DNA of 64,000 nucleotides from an uncultured Candidatus Saccharibacteria bacterium (GTDB lineage Bacteria; Patescibacteriota; Saccharimonadia; Saccharimonadales; AWTP1-31): NCBI GenBank assembly GCA_964530555.1, contig CAZHBD010000002.1, positions 1,036 to 65,035 of the forward strand, read 5' to 3'. Shown piece by piece: positions 1 to 9,023 of this stretch (position 1 is its first letter; each line of letters starts with the position of its first letter). The notes under the pieces were generated by a model. It saw only the letters and a program-made list of their open reading frames with translations, ran no database searches and was not told where the DNA came from. The position numbers and the translations under genes were made by a program.

Positions 1-1132
1 ATACAACAACTCTGGAGATAAGGGAGCTGGTGTAGAAGCCCAATTGTTTGTAACTGCTACTATTACTGCGTGCGAGTTTTATGACAATACAACCACTGGC
101 GTTGATCCGTACCCAGCCTTGAATATTAGGGCGCTTACAGCGAGCGTCTCTGATACGGACGTTCATGATAACGACGAGTTTGGCGCAACGGTTGTAGGCC
201 ATGATATTACCATCGATCATCTTGACGTGACTGATAATTCTCAGGGAGGCCTCGGTATAAATCCAATTTTAAATCCACCGGCGAGTATGTCGCTTAAGAA
301 TAGTTCAGTCACGGGCAATGCAGGCCAAATGGGGCTGTATATTAGCAGCGATACTGGAGGCTACGAGGTTGATATTAGTAATGTTACAGTATCTGACAAT
401 TCTGGCTTATTGTATCCGGCAATGACACTATTCTCTGACGAGAACGACCCGATTTCTGGCACGATTGCAAACGTCACGATAGCTGATAATGTTCGAAATG
501 GCGATGTTGGTTTTACCGCCCCTGGTGCAATGATGTTTATGTCACAAAGTCAGATTGACCCAACGGTTACTTTGCAGAATATGTTGATCTCAAATAACTT
601 AAGCGGCGGTAACCAGCAGAATTGTGCACCTATTCCTGTACCAGTTATGTTCTGGCCAGACTCGCTGGGGAACAATCTTTCTGACGATGATACGTGTTCA
701 GCGGTTTTTGACCAGCCTGGCACTGACTTGAATGACGTGAGTGCTGGTTTGGACCCCCTCACAGAAGTCAATAATACCTGGGTTCACCCCATTCAGGCAT
801 CGTCACCAGCTAATGATGGAGGGGCAACCGTTCTGGGCATTTCAACCGACCAACGCGGAACAGCACGACCTCAAAACGGCGCCTTCGACATTGGTGCGTA
901 TGAAACCACGGAAGCACCAACAGGCGGTCAGCAGGGTGGAGGCTCAGGCAATGGTGGCTCGGGTGGTGGGAACAACGCAGCAAACACAACTACCCAGAAC
1001 ACAAAAGGTACACTTGGTGAAACCGGTCAAACAATCAAACCGGCACTAGCGCTCGTGCTGGCGGCTGCGTCACTCACTGCTATTGGAATGATGGCCCTAC
1101 GCACCCGCTACCGCCGCTACTCCATTCGCTAG
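1..1132 (+). CDS. cell-surface protein (5'-partial) with parallel beta-helix-type repeats and a C-terminal sorting signal
   Basis: The reading frame is open to the window edge. It contains repeated NVT(V/I)xDN-type beta-helix motifs, followed by a Gly/Ser/Asn-rich linker. The C-terminus has an LGETG motif, then a hydrophobic stretch and a basic tail (RTRYRRYSIR), which is a sortase-substrate-like signal. Confidence 0.5.
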   Translation, partial: YNNSGDKGAGVEAQLFVTATITACEFYDNTTTGVDPYPALNIRALTASVSDTDVHDNDEFGATVVGHDITIDHLDVTDNSQGGLGINPILNPPASMSLKNSSVTGNAGQMGLYISSDTGGYEVDISNVTVSDNSGLLYPAMTLFSDENDPISGTIANVTIADNVRNGDVGFTAPGAMMFMSQSQIDPTVTLQNMLISNNLSGGNQQNCAPIPVPVMFWPDSLGNNLSDDDTCSAVFDQPGTDLNDVSAGLDPLTEVNNTWVHPIQASSPANDGGATVLGISTDQRGTARPQNGAFDIGAYETTEAPTGGQQGGGSGNGGSGGGNNAANTTTQNTKGTLGETGQTIKPALALVLAAASLTAIGMMALRTRYRRYSIR

Positions 1133-1236
1133 CCGCTGTAAAAAAATCTACGCTCTGCTAAAACTTGCTTGACAAAATAACACCTTAAGCATAAGCTTAA
1201 ACCAAGTTCTTTAAACAACAAAAAAAGGAAAACAAA

Positions 1237-2907
1237 ATGATCAAGAAGTTCTTGTCGGGTGTAAGTGCGCTCCTGCTAAGTATAAGTTCGTTGTTCGTGT
1301 TTGCGCCGATGACCGCGCACGCCGCAACGAAAACGTGGGACGGTGGAGGTAGTGATAATAATTTCAGCACAGCTGCAAACTGGGCTGGCGACTCGGCACC
1401 TTCAGATGGTGACAGCGTTGTGTTCCCAGCTTCTGCAGCGTCCACAGATTATAGTGAGAAAATAACTATTGATCAGAATATATCTTTGGCTGGCATATCG
1501 TTCACCGGAGACTCAGGCTCGGTGTGCAGTGGTGCATATAAGTACTATAGCTTTGATGGCTCAGCGATCCTTACGCTCAGCGGTGATATCGATTCTACCG
1601 CGGCAACCGGCAGTTGTTGGGGCAGTGTTGCTATTGGCTCGAATATTGCGCTAGCTGCTGATGTGACCGTTGCCCAGGGTGACCTCACTATCTACTTTGG
1701 CGACTTTGATAACCCAGGCAGAACACTGGCACTAGGAACACACAGCCTGACGGGCACAGCCAGCAGCGGTAGCGGCTACCTTTCTATCGACCTCAACATC
1801 ACCGGAAGCGGTGCCATCGACAGTGACGCAGTTCTTAGCTTATCTGGTGATAACTCAGGCTATTCAGGCGCCTTAACTGCGGGGTACAACTACTCTGTTG
1901 GCAGCGCAACTGCGTTGGGAACGCATGATTTGACAGTTGGCGAAGGCACCCAACTCTTCATAAGCACTTCTTCTGACGCCACTATATCAAACAACATCAG
2001 CTTAGTCGGCAATCCTGCTTCGGGTGCAGCAAAAGTATCGTTTGGTGGTGGCAATGGCGGTTGTGGCGACAGTGCATTCACGTATACGCTAACAGGCACG
2101 TTTACGGTTGACAGAGATACTGAAGTAAGCGGTGCGTGTGGAAGCACCCTGGATATAAAGAACCCATCGCTTGGTGACCATAAAGTAACCCTAAAATCAG
2201 GATCCAATGCAACCCTAAAAGTTGGTGATACGGTCCTTGAAGCAACGTATGTAGATACGGTAGTAACCGACAGCCAACCCAGTCAATCTATATATGTCAG
2301 TGCGTATCAGCGTTATCTTATTAACGGCGTTCGTGGTGATGTGAGCGTCTACGAGAAGGGAATTTTAGGGGGTACAGGCACGGTTGGTACGATCAATATT
2401 CTGTCGGGTGGTATCCTTGCCCCAGGTCTGAGTCCGGGCTGTCTGACATCGGGGAACTTGACGATTGATGCTGGCATCTACCGCGCAGAGATAGGCGGAG
2501 CAACTGCATGCTCGGGTTACGACCAGATGAAGGTCACGGGGACGGTCACGCTGAACAACGATGCAGCGCTTGAAGTCAGTCAGTATAACTCGTACAAATC
2601 AAAAGCTGGCGAAAAATACGTAATCATTTCTAATGACGGAACAGACGCCGTGACAGGCAAGTTCAAGGATCTCGCAGAAGGCGCAACTTTCAAAGTAAAC
2701 GGTTATGTGTACAAAATTTCCTATGTTGGTGGTGATGGTAATGATGTGGCACTCACCGTCGTTTCCGTGCCGGCTGCGCCAGATACTGGCTTTGACTTGT
2801 TGTTAAACAACCCTGCCGGGCTGCTAGCTACAACCCTGATAGCCGCAGGTGGTATCCTAATGATCTCTCGACGTTTGCAACCAAAAAAAGTACGCGCTCG
2901 AAGATAG
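1237..2907 (+). CDS. secreted surface protein with N-terminal signal peptide and C-terminal sortase-type sorting signal
   Basis: An AAAAGGAAAA-rich RBS lies upstream. The signal peptide is MIKKFLSGVSALLLSISSLFVFAPMTAHA. The body is rich in Gly/Ser/Thr repeats. The C-terminus has an APDTG motif, a hydrophobic segment and an RRLQPKKVRARR tail. Confidence 0.55.
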   Translation: MIKKFLSGVSALLLSISSLFVFAPMTAHAATKTWDGGGSDNNFSTAANWAGDSAPSDGDSVVFPASAASTDYSEKITIDQNISLAGISFTGDSGSVCSGAYKYYSFDGSAILTLSGDIDSTAATGSCWGSVAIGSNIALAADVTVAQGDLTIYFGDFDNPGRTLALGTHSLTGTASSGSGYLSIDLNITGSGAIDSDAVLSLSGDNSGYSGALTAGYNYSVGSATALGTHDLTVGEGTQLFISTSSDATISNNISLVGNPASGAAKVSFGGGNGGCGDSAFTYTLTGTFTVDRDTEVSGACGSTLDIKNPSLGDHKVTLKSGSNATLKVGDTVLEATYVDTVVTDSQPSQSIYVSAYQRYLINGVRGDVSVYEKGILGGTGTVGTINILSGGILAPGLSPGCLTSGNLTIDAGIYRAEIGGATACSGYDQMKVTGTVTLNNDAALEVSQYNSYKSKAGEKYVIISNDGTDAVTGKFKDLAEGATFKVNGYVYKISYVGGDGNDVALTVVSVPAAPDTGFDLLLNNPAGLLATTLIAAGGILMISRRLQPKKVRARR

Positions 2908-2939
2908 TTCCTTTCAAAAAATAAACAAAATAAAACAAA

Positions 2940-3899
2940 ATGGCAGCAGGTGAGATCAGTTTAGATAGTTCGTTGTTGAGTGGTCGGATGCGACAGTTCG
3001 ACCGACATGAGTACGCGCGCCGACCTGTGCAGCGAGTTACTCCGCGTGGCATAAGTGATGTCTTTGTCGCGGCAACTGTCGTTAGTGCGGCACCAAAAGT
3101 TTTGTCGCCAATAAAGCAAAAGCCAACCAGCCCAGCGCGTCGCTTTCAATCAGCACCGCCTACCTCGTTGCGAAGTCCGCAGCCTTCTACAGTTCTTGCG
3201 CGTCAATACGCACCCAAGCCCGCTACACAAAGTAGTGCTCGCATCCCCAAACACCGGGTAAATAGCTCAACTCTCCTAACGGCAATGGCAGTACTGTTGG
3301 TGGTGGCTGGCTCGACAGTAGCATTTATAGGATGGCGCACTAATCACAAAGTTGCAGCCCAGGTGCGAGGGTTAGCGCAGCAAAATAACCATGCCGATGA
3401 CGGTGTTCCGGACGAGGACAAACCGAGTGATGCTGCCTACGGGGCCTACTCTGTAGCACCAGACTTGCCCAAGTATGTTCGTATTCCAAAGCTTGGCACT
3501 GCCGCAATGGTTCAACGCCAGACTATTGATAAGAGTGGCGCTCTGAAGGCGCCGAACAATGTTCACGTTGCTGGCTGGTACGACGGTAGCTCTAAACCAG
3601 GAGAAGGCGGCGCAGTGCTGTTGGACGGGCATGTTGCTGGCCCGACCCAGCACGGCGTTTTCTACAACCTCAAGAACCTCGTGGCGGGGGATACAATAGA
3701 AGTCGAACGCGGCGATGGCAAAATCTTCACTTATAAAGTGGTCAAGGCCGTAAGCAGCAAACCTGAACAGCTGGATATGGCGTCAGCCCTCTTGCCGGTT
3801 GTAGTTGGCAAGCCTGGGCTCAATCTCATTACTTGCACGGGCAACGTGACAGGCATGCACTACGATCAGCGGCTGCTGGTCTATACCGTTCAGATATAG
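2940..3899 (+). CDS. sortase (transpeptidase), membrane anchored
   Basis: Conserved His (LLDGHV) and the catalytic TLxTC-type motif (NLITCTG) are present. The N-terminal region is Arg/Pro-rich, followed by a TM segment; the true start may be internal. Confidence 0.7.
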   Translation: MAAGEISLDSSLLSGRMRQFDRHEYARRPVQRVTPRGISDVFVAATVVSAAPKVLSPIKQKPTSPARRFQSAPPTSLRSPQPSTVLARQYAPKPATQSSARIPKHRVNSSTLLTAMAVLLVVAGSTVAFIGWRTNHKVAAQVRGLAQQNNHADDGVPDEDKPSDAAYGAYSVAPDLPKYVRIPKLGTAAMVQRQTIDKSGALKAPNNVHVAGWYDGSSKPGEGGAVLLDGHVAGPTQHGVFYNLKNLVAGDTIEVERGDGKIFTYKVVKAVSSKPEQLDMASALLPVVVGKPGLNLITCTGNVTGMHYDQRLLVYTVQI

Positions 3900-4061
3900 C
3901 GAAGCATTGTATTTTTTTATCGAAACCGGCTATTATTAGATTCAGGATTGCTGCAGTTTTGGGAGCAAAGATCCGATCTAATGACATTATTGAACAACCA
4001 GTGAACTCCCAACTAATGAAGTGATAGTGATTGTTGGGACGATCTGAGATAGGAGACACTT

Positions 4062-5576
4062 ATGGACCCAATTACCATTGTATTGGCAGTGGTTGGTCTT
4101 GGCGTGGGTTTTGGCGCCAGTACCGTTGTAACCAAGCGCAAGTTAGGGAGCGCGCAAGACGCCGCCGATAAAGAGCTAAAGAAGGCGAAAAAAGAGTCAG
4201 AAAAACAGATTGCTGAAGCGCGCGAAGAAGCGCTGCGTTTGGCTGAATCAGCCCGCAAGGAAGAGCAGGCACGACGCAAAGAGCTCAAAGAAATTGAACA
4301 GCGTCTGCTAGACCGTGAAGAGGCCCTCGACAAAAAGCTCGATCAATTGGACAAGCGAAGTGAGTCGCTACGCAAAGGCGAGGACGAGGTTGAGGAACTC
4401 AAGAATGAGATCCGCGCGATTCGTACCAAGCAACAGGAGAAGCTCGAGAAAATCGCCAAGCTGACCAAACAAGATGCCGCCGATAAGCTGATGCAGATGA
4501 CCGAGCGCGATATCAAGAACGATCTTACCGGCCTGGTAGCTAAGCTGCAAAACGAAGCCAAAGAACTGGCCGAAGAAAAAGCGGCAACCGTTATCGTTAG
4601 TGCCATGGAGCGCATGGCGAGCGAAGTGACCGCTGAGCGAACCGTGACTGCGGTTAAACTGGAAGACGAAGAAATGAAGGGCCGCATCATTGGTAAAGAA
4701 GGCCGGAACATCCAGGCGTTACAGCGTGCCACGGGTGTTGACATCATGGTTGATGACACGCCGGGCATGATCATCCTCAGCTCGTTTGACCCAGTTCGCC
4801 GCGAGGTAGCACGCCAGGCACTCGAGATGCTTATGAAAGACGGTCGTATTCATCCGGGTCGGATTGAAGAAGTCGTCGAGAAGGCTCAAAAGAACGTTCA
4901 GAAAGATGTTATGCATGCTGCCGAAGATGCCGCCCGCGAAGTTGGTGTGATTGGGATTCCCAAAGAAGTATTGCAGCTGCTTGGTGAGCTCAAATACCGC
5001 ACCAGCTACGGCCAGAACGTCCTCAAGCATTCGACTGAGATGGCGCACATGGCTGGCATTATCGCCGAAGAGCTGGGTGCTGATGTACGTATCGCGAAGT
5101 ACTCTGCCTTAGTGCACGACCTTGGGAAGGCCTTGACACACAAAATGGAAGGCAAGCATCACCACATTAGCGGCGAGATGCTCCGTAAGTACGGCGCCCC
5201 CGAAGAGGTTGCCGTGGCTGCCGAACAGCATCATGATGATGTTGAGGCAACCACTGTCGAAGCAGTGATCGTGCGAGTTGTCGATGCCATCAGCGCTGCT
5301 CGTCCTGGCGCCCGTAACATTAGTGCCGAAAACTTTGCCGAGCGTATGAAAGATCTGGAGAACGTGGCAAATAGTTTCCAGGGTATCGACAAAGCGTACG
5401 CTATTAGTGCTGGTCGCGAAGTGCGTGTCTTTGTGAAGCCCAATCAGATTGATGATCTCAGCGCTATTCGCCTAGCGCGCGACATTGCTAACAAGATCGA
5501 ATCGAGCATGCAGTATCCAGGTACTATCAAGGTAAATGTCATCCGCGAAACTCGCGCCATCGAATTCGCAAAATAA
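4062..5576 (+). CDS. rny: ribonuclease Y
   Basis: N-terminal TM helix, long coiled-coil, KH domain (IIGKEGRNIQALQRATGVDI) and HD domain (LVHDLGK, HHH), giving typical RNase Y architecture at about 504 aa. Confidence 0.9.
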   Translation: MDPITIVLAVVGLGVGFGASTVVTKRKLGSAQDAADKELKKAKKESEKQIAEAREEALRLAESARKEEQARRKELKEIEQRLLDREEALDKKLDQLDKRSESLRKGEDEVEELKNEIRAIRTKQQEKLEKIAKLTKQDAADKLMQMTERDIKNDLTGLVAKLQNEAKELAEEKAATVIVSAMERMASEVTAERTVTAVKLEDEEMKGRIIGKEGRNIQALQRATGVDIMVDDTPGMIILSSFDPVRREVARQALEMLMKDGRIHPGRIEEVVEKAQKNVQKDVMHAAEDAAREVGVIGIPKEVLQLLGELKYRTSYGQNVLKHSTEMAHMAGIIAEELGADVRIAKYSALVHDLGKALTHKMEGKHHHISGEMLRKYGAPEEVAVAAEQHHDDVEATTVEAVIVRVVDAISAARPGARNISAENFAERMKDLENVANSFQGIDKAYAISAGREVRVFVKPNQIDDLSAIRLARDIANKIESSMQYPGTIKVNVIRETRAIEFAK

Positions 5577-5854
5577 TGAGCACTCCCGCCGAAGCTACTC
5601 AGATCAAGGGCAAAGCCACGTTCATACAGCAGGCGACACAAGTACTACTGCCAACGCTTACCGCAATCGGATTTTTGCTAACGTCACTAAAAAAGCCGCA
5701 GTACGGTTTACTTGTTAACTTTGTGTCGCAGTTTTTCTGGTTCTACGCCTCGTGGAAAGCGTGGAAAGAAGCAAAACAGATCGGTGTCTTTATCACGACG
5801 GTAATCATATTTTTGATAGTCAGTTTTGGTGTAATAAACTACTGGATTTTGTAA
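5576..5854 (+). CDS. small integral membrane protein
   Basis: 92-aa ORF with 2-3 predicted TM helices. Its stop overlaps the next start (TAATG). Confidence 0.4.
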   Translation: MSTPAEATQIKGKATFIQQATQVLLPTLTAIGFLLTSLKKPQYGLLVNFVSQFFWFYASWKAWKEAKQIGVFITTVIIFLIVSFGVINYWIL

Positions 5855-6042
5855 TGAGCACCGGAAAGCTACCGTTCAAGCAAAACTATCGCAAAGAGTT
5901 ACTGATGACCGCTATCTTTCTGATTGTAATTGGTGTGGTTGTGGCATTCTTGGCGAAGCTGGTTGTAGGCGGAATCATCTTCTTGCTGGGGGTAGTGTTT
6001 GGTGCTGGTACGCAGTTAGGTCGCAACGACTCGCTCGAGTAA
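5854..6042 (+). CDS. small membrane protein
   Basis: Internal ATG at 5854, coupled to the previous stop. 62 aa with two hydrophobic helices (GG/GxxxG-rich). Confidence 0.35.
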   Translation: MSTGKLPFKQNYRKELLMTAIFLIVIGVVVAFLAKLVVGGIIFLLGVVFGAGTQLGRNDSLE

Positions 6043-6070
6043 ACCAGCGGCAATACGCTACAATAGAGAC

Positions 6071-6340
6071 ATGAAGCGACTTTGGCAACAGATAGCATTG
6101 GCTGCTGTTGGCGCGCTGGTGCTCAGTGCAGTCATTACGGCGTTGATTCTTGCGCTGCATCAGACAGATGATAAACTGATCGACAAAGCAATCAAAACCA
6201 AAAACCCTGCGCTATGCGAGAAAGTTAAACACGTAACAAAACTCGGAACCGATGCAAAAAGGATCACCATAACTGGTGAGCAGGCGGTGGCCGAGTGCAA
6301 AGCCTATGTAGAGTTTGGCGACCGCCCCTATAAACTGTAA
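6071..6340 (+). CDS. small membrane-anchored/secreted protein
   Basis: 89 aa with an N-terminal hydrophobic helix. No recognisable domain. Confidence 0.4.
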   Translation: MKRLWQQIALAAVGALVLSAVITALILALHQTDDKLIDKAIKTKNPALCEKVKHVTKLGTDAKRITITGEQAVAECKAYVEFGDRPYKL

Positions 6341-6348
6341 AGGAGTAA

Positions 6349-6990
6349 GTGATGAAAATAACCAAACTAGTACATTCTTGCGTGCTCATTGAAGATGGCG
6401 ACAAGGCGGTGCTCTTTAACCCGGGAGTTTACAGCTGGAATAGCGGCATAATTGAGGTGGCGAGTTTCCCTAAACTGGATGCGGTTGTCGTAACGCACAA
6501 GCACGCAGACCATTTAGGCGAAGATTTTGTGCGCGCTATTGTTGCCACCCAACCAGAGGTACAGTGGGTCGCGCCCGCTGATGCCCACGAGCAGCTCCAT
6601 GGCTTGGGTGTCAAAAATGTTACCGATCAGAGCGTCGGAGATTTGCAGGTGACAACGGTCAATCACGCCAAAGTTGAGCCTTTTGGCATCCAAGTTCAGA
6701 ACCTTATCGTGCATTGGAACGGCAAAGTAACTGATCCAGGCGACACGCACGACTTCCATGAGACGCATTCTTTGCTCATGCTGCCGATTCAAGCGCCGTG
6801 GGGTACGACTATTCGCGCCTTCGAGCTGGGACTAGAGCTTCAGCCCAAGTTTATACTGCCCATACACGACTGGATGTGGGTCGAGGACTGGCGTGAGCTG
6901 GTCTACGACGGATTGGAGCGGGTTTTTGGCCCGACATCAACTAAAGTGTTACGCCCAGTAAATGGCCAAGTCATGGAGATTGTTCTGTGA
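6349..6990 (+). CDS. metallo-beta-lactamase fold hydrolase
   Basis: HxHxDH-type motif (VTHKHADHLG) and overall MBL-fold pattern. An AAGGAG RBS lies upstream. Confidence 0.7.
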   Translation: MMKITKLVHSCVLIEDGDKAVLFNPGVYSWNSGIIEVASFPKLDAVVVTHKHADHLGEDFVRAIVATQPEVQWVAPADAHEQLHGLGVKNVTDQSVGDLQVTTVNHAKVEPFGIQVQNLIVHWNGKVTDPGDTHDFHETHSLLMLPIQAPWGTTIRAFELGLELQPKFILPIHDWMWVEDWRELVYDGLERVFGPTSTKVLRPVNGQVMEIVL

Positions 6991-7391
6991 GTCAGCAGTC
7001 CAGCCAGATGGTTTTGGTAATTGCCAGTACGGCAATTGTGCAAGAGGGTAAGCTGCTACTTATTCAAGAAAGTCACCCGGACTTTTACAAAAAGTGGAAC
7101 TTACCTGGTGGGCGTGTTGACAAGGGCGAGGACCTCAAAACGGCTGCCCAGCGAGAGACTCGCGAAGAGGCTGGCGTAGGTGTTACGGTGGATGATGAGC
7201 TGCTGCTTATGCACACTGCTAGTTCAGCCCCGGTGCTTCATGCCTTTGCGGCGCACATTACTGACGGCGAACCACACGTTGACGGCCAAGAGATTCTGGC
7301 TTTTCAGTGGGTTCCGCTGGCAGAAGTTATGCAGATGGATTTGCGCAACCCCGAATACGTCCAAGCAGTTCTGGATATTTTGGTAAAATAA
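6987..7391 (+). CDS. NUDIX hydrolase
   Basis: Nudix box GGRVDKGEDLKTAAQRETREEAGV. The start overlaps the upstream stop (GTGA). Confidence 0.75.
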   Translation: MSQQSSQMVLVIASTAIVQEGKLLLIQESHPDFYKKWNLPGGRVDKGEDLKTAAQRETREEAGVGVTVDDELLLMHTASSAPVLHAFAAHITDGEPHVDGQEILAFQWVPLAEVMQMDLRNPEYVQAVLDILVK

Positions 7392-7523
7392 CCCCTGTAC
7401 TCACCGAAGTAAAACGGGTATAATGGCGGAGTCTTTTATAAGACGAGGGAAAAGAGCAGCCGGACAAAATGTATCCCATTTTGCCCGCGCATGAGAAAAA
7501 CCGCAGGTTTGTCTCAATTACCC

Positions 7524-7600
7524 CGGGGATTGGCGCAGTTGGCTAGCGCGCGCGGTTTGGGACCGCGAGGTCGGAGGTTCGAGTCCTCTATCCCCGACCA
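7524..7600 (+). tRNA. tRNA-Pro (anticodon TGG)
   Basis: Cloverleaf with acceptor CGGGGAT/ATCCCCG, anticodon loop TTTGGGA, T-loop GGTTCGAGTCC and an encoded CCA. Confidence 0.9.
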
Positions 7601-7630
7601 TTTCGATTTATTTACGAAAGCAATATTTTT

Positions 7631-7936
7631 GTGACCGATTTTAAAGGCTGGATATCCCCGGGTGGTGGATTACCTATCAGTAGTGAGGGACTAGACCATC
7701 TGTTCGCGGAGGCTGTATTGGCTGCCGACACAGATGTTAGCTGGGCTGCGTATTTTGATGATATGCGTGCAGCTAAGGCAGAACTTGAATCATCGAGGCC
7801 ACCTGAAGACGTGTCACGAACAGTTGAACTACAGGGCGGAATCATAATCCCCGTTATGAGTGCTGGAGTTCTTAGGCTGTTTGCACGTGATATTCGCAAA
7901 GAGCGACAGGCTTTTGAGCGTCAGTTTGGCATATAA
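7631..7936 (+). CDS. hypothetical protein (GTG start) between the two tRNA-Pro genes
   Basis: 101-aa ORF with no recognisable motif. Confidence 0.35.
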   Translation: MTDFKGWISPGGGLPISSEGLDHLFAEAVLAADTDVSWAAYFDDMRAAKAELESSRPPEDVSRTVELQGGIIIPVMSAGVLRLFARDIRKERQAFERQFGI

Positions 7937-8063
7937 TGTTCAGCCCATCTTTGTTGGCATGGCTCAGGGGCCTAAACCACCTTACCAAACATTTCTTGGC
8001 AAGGTATAATGCCCCCTGTTACATCTAGTTATAGAGAAGAGCAGTCCTTAATCAAAATGGGGG

Positions 8064-8165
8064 CCCAAGTTGAGGGGATTCAACTTGGGGAAGAGGAGCC
8101 GGCTTGATTAGTTTGTAGTTTTTGCTGAGCAAACTCGTTTTTTCAGCAGAATGACAAACTAATCA
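8064..8165 (+). ncRNA. conserved structured leader element upstream of tRNA-Pro(CGG): hairpin CCAAGTTGAGGGGATTCAACTTGG, AGGAG, then nested hairpin
   Basis: A near-identical element in the same relative position and orientation lies upstream of tRNA-His (24382..24482, minus). The outer stem of hairpin 2 differs in sequence but stays perfectly complementary in both copies (GATTAGTTTGT/ACAAACTAATC versus GATACATTTG/CAAATGTATC). Confidence 0.5.
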
Positions 8166-8179
8166 TTATACGGTGACGA

Positions 8180-8256
8180 CGGGGTGTGGCGCAGTTGGCT
8201 AGCGCGCAGCGTTCGGGACGCTGAGGTCGGAGGTTCAAGTCCTCTCACCCCGACCA
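8180..8256 (+). tRNA. tRNA-Pro (anticodon CGG)
   Basis: Acceptor CGGGGTG/CACCCCG, anticodon loop TTCGGGA, T-loop GGTTCAAGTCC and an encoded CCA. Confidence 0.9.
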
Positions 8257-8846
8257 GAAACGATTTTACTTAAATCCACCATTAAATCATATGGTGGATT
8301 TAGTTTTATAACAGGGGCAGAGTCGTCCCTTACTCGTAGGTTCAACACCATCTCTTTGTACACTTCGTCCTCTTCCACTAAATCACGTGTTGTACGTAGT
8401 ATTAACAGATACGATTGGACGAGTTCAACAAACTCTTTACGAGTTGGCAAATCTTGCTTTAGTTTTTCAAGCTCTGGTGTAAGCTCACTGCCTCTGTGAC
8501 ACTGCTCAGGCTTGCCCTCGCTACACATAATTGCAATGCGTTCACTGCTGGCTCTGCCAGTAATCTCGTCCAAGGTTTCACCATATTCGATGTTGCCACC
8601 AAGACCGCCGATATTCTTACCACGCCATTCATAGTAAATATCTGCATAAACAAGGTGCCGAGCAATTGCCGTGTGACTAAATTGTCGCCATCGACTTTGT
8701 GGCTTGCTACGGCAGTCTATGACGGTCTGTATTTGTACTGATTGTAAAAGCTCTAGAAAGGTATCAATGTTCACATTGCTATGACCGATAGTCCATATCG
8801 TGGCTGGTTTTTTGCCAATTCGAGCAACGGCTTGGTTCTTTTGCAT
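8235..8846 (-). CDS. DUF488 family protein with C-terminal extension
   Basis: The N-terminal region IWTIGHSN...VIDCRSKPQSRW...YEWRGKNIGG matches the DUF488 pattern. The last ~20 codons of the ORF run antisense through the hairpin and the 3' end of tRNA-Pro(CGG), so the true C-terminus is uncertain. Confidence 0.55.
   Translation of the reverse strand: MQKNQAVARIGKKPATIWTIGHSNVNIDTFLELLQSVQIQTVIDCRSKPQSRWRQFSHTAIARHLVYADIYYEWRGKNIGGLGGNIEYGETLDEITGRASSERIAIMCSEGKPEQCHRGSELTPELEKLKQDLPTRKEFVELVQSYLLILRTTRDLVEEDEVYKEMVLNLRVRDDSAPVIKLNPPYDLMVDLSKIVSGRGERT
8272..8301 (+). terminator. perfect 11-bp hairpin (AAATCCACCAT/ATGGTGGATTT) immediately 3' of tRNA-Pro(CGG)
   Basis: The inverted repeat is read directly from the sequence. 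It is followed by a T-rich stretch. Confidence 0.4.
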
Positions 8847-9023
8847 TGTAATTTTACCCCTCTAGGTTCGGTTGGTTCTATGTATAATTATAGCTCACTA
8901 CCTCTGTTAATTCAATTATTTTTCAATGATTATTTACACTCGTCAACACGTGTAATTTACCAAAATTACATTTCATTGTGCTTAACCCTGACAAACACTA
9001 GCAAAGTATGACAAAATAATGTT

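Noticed and set aside
4013..5641. Multiple 60-143-aa antisense ORFs inside rny (4013..4333, 4343..4774, 4719..5048, 5231..5443, 5444..5641)
   Set aside because: They are embedded antisense in a well-supported conserved gene with low-complexity Ser/Arg/Ala-rich translations. The same reasoning applies to antisense ORFs inside Mod and Res, the P-type ATPase, glyA, the giant HK and other confidently called genes.
8086..8120. Short leader peptide (AGGAG-N5-TTG ATT AGT TTG TAG) inside the tRNA leader element
   Set aside because: The corresponding frame in the tRNA-His copy has a different length and runs into the tRNA, so peptide coding is not conserved. The RNA-structure interpretation is preferred.
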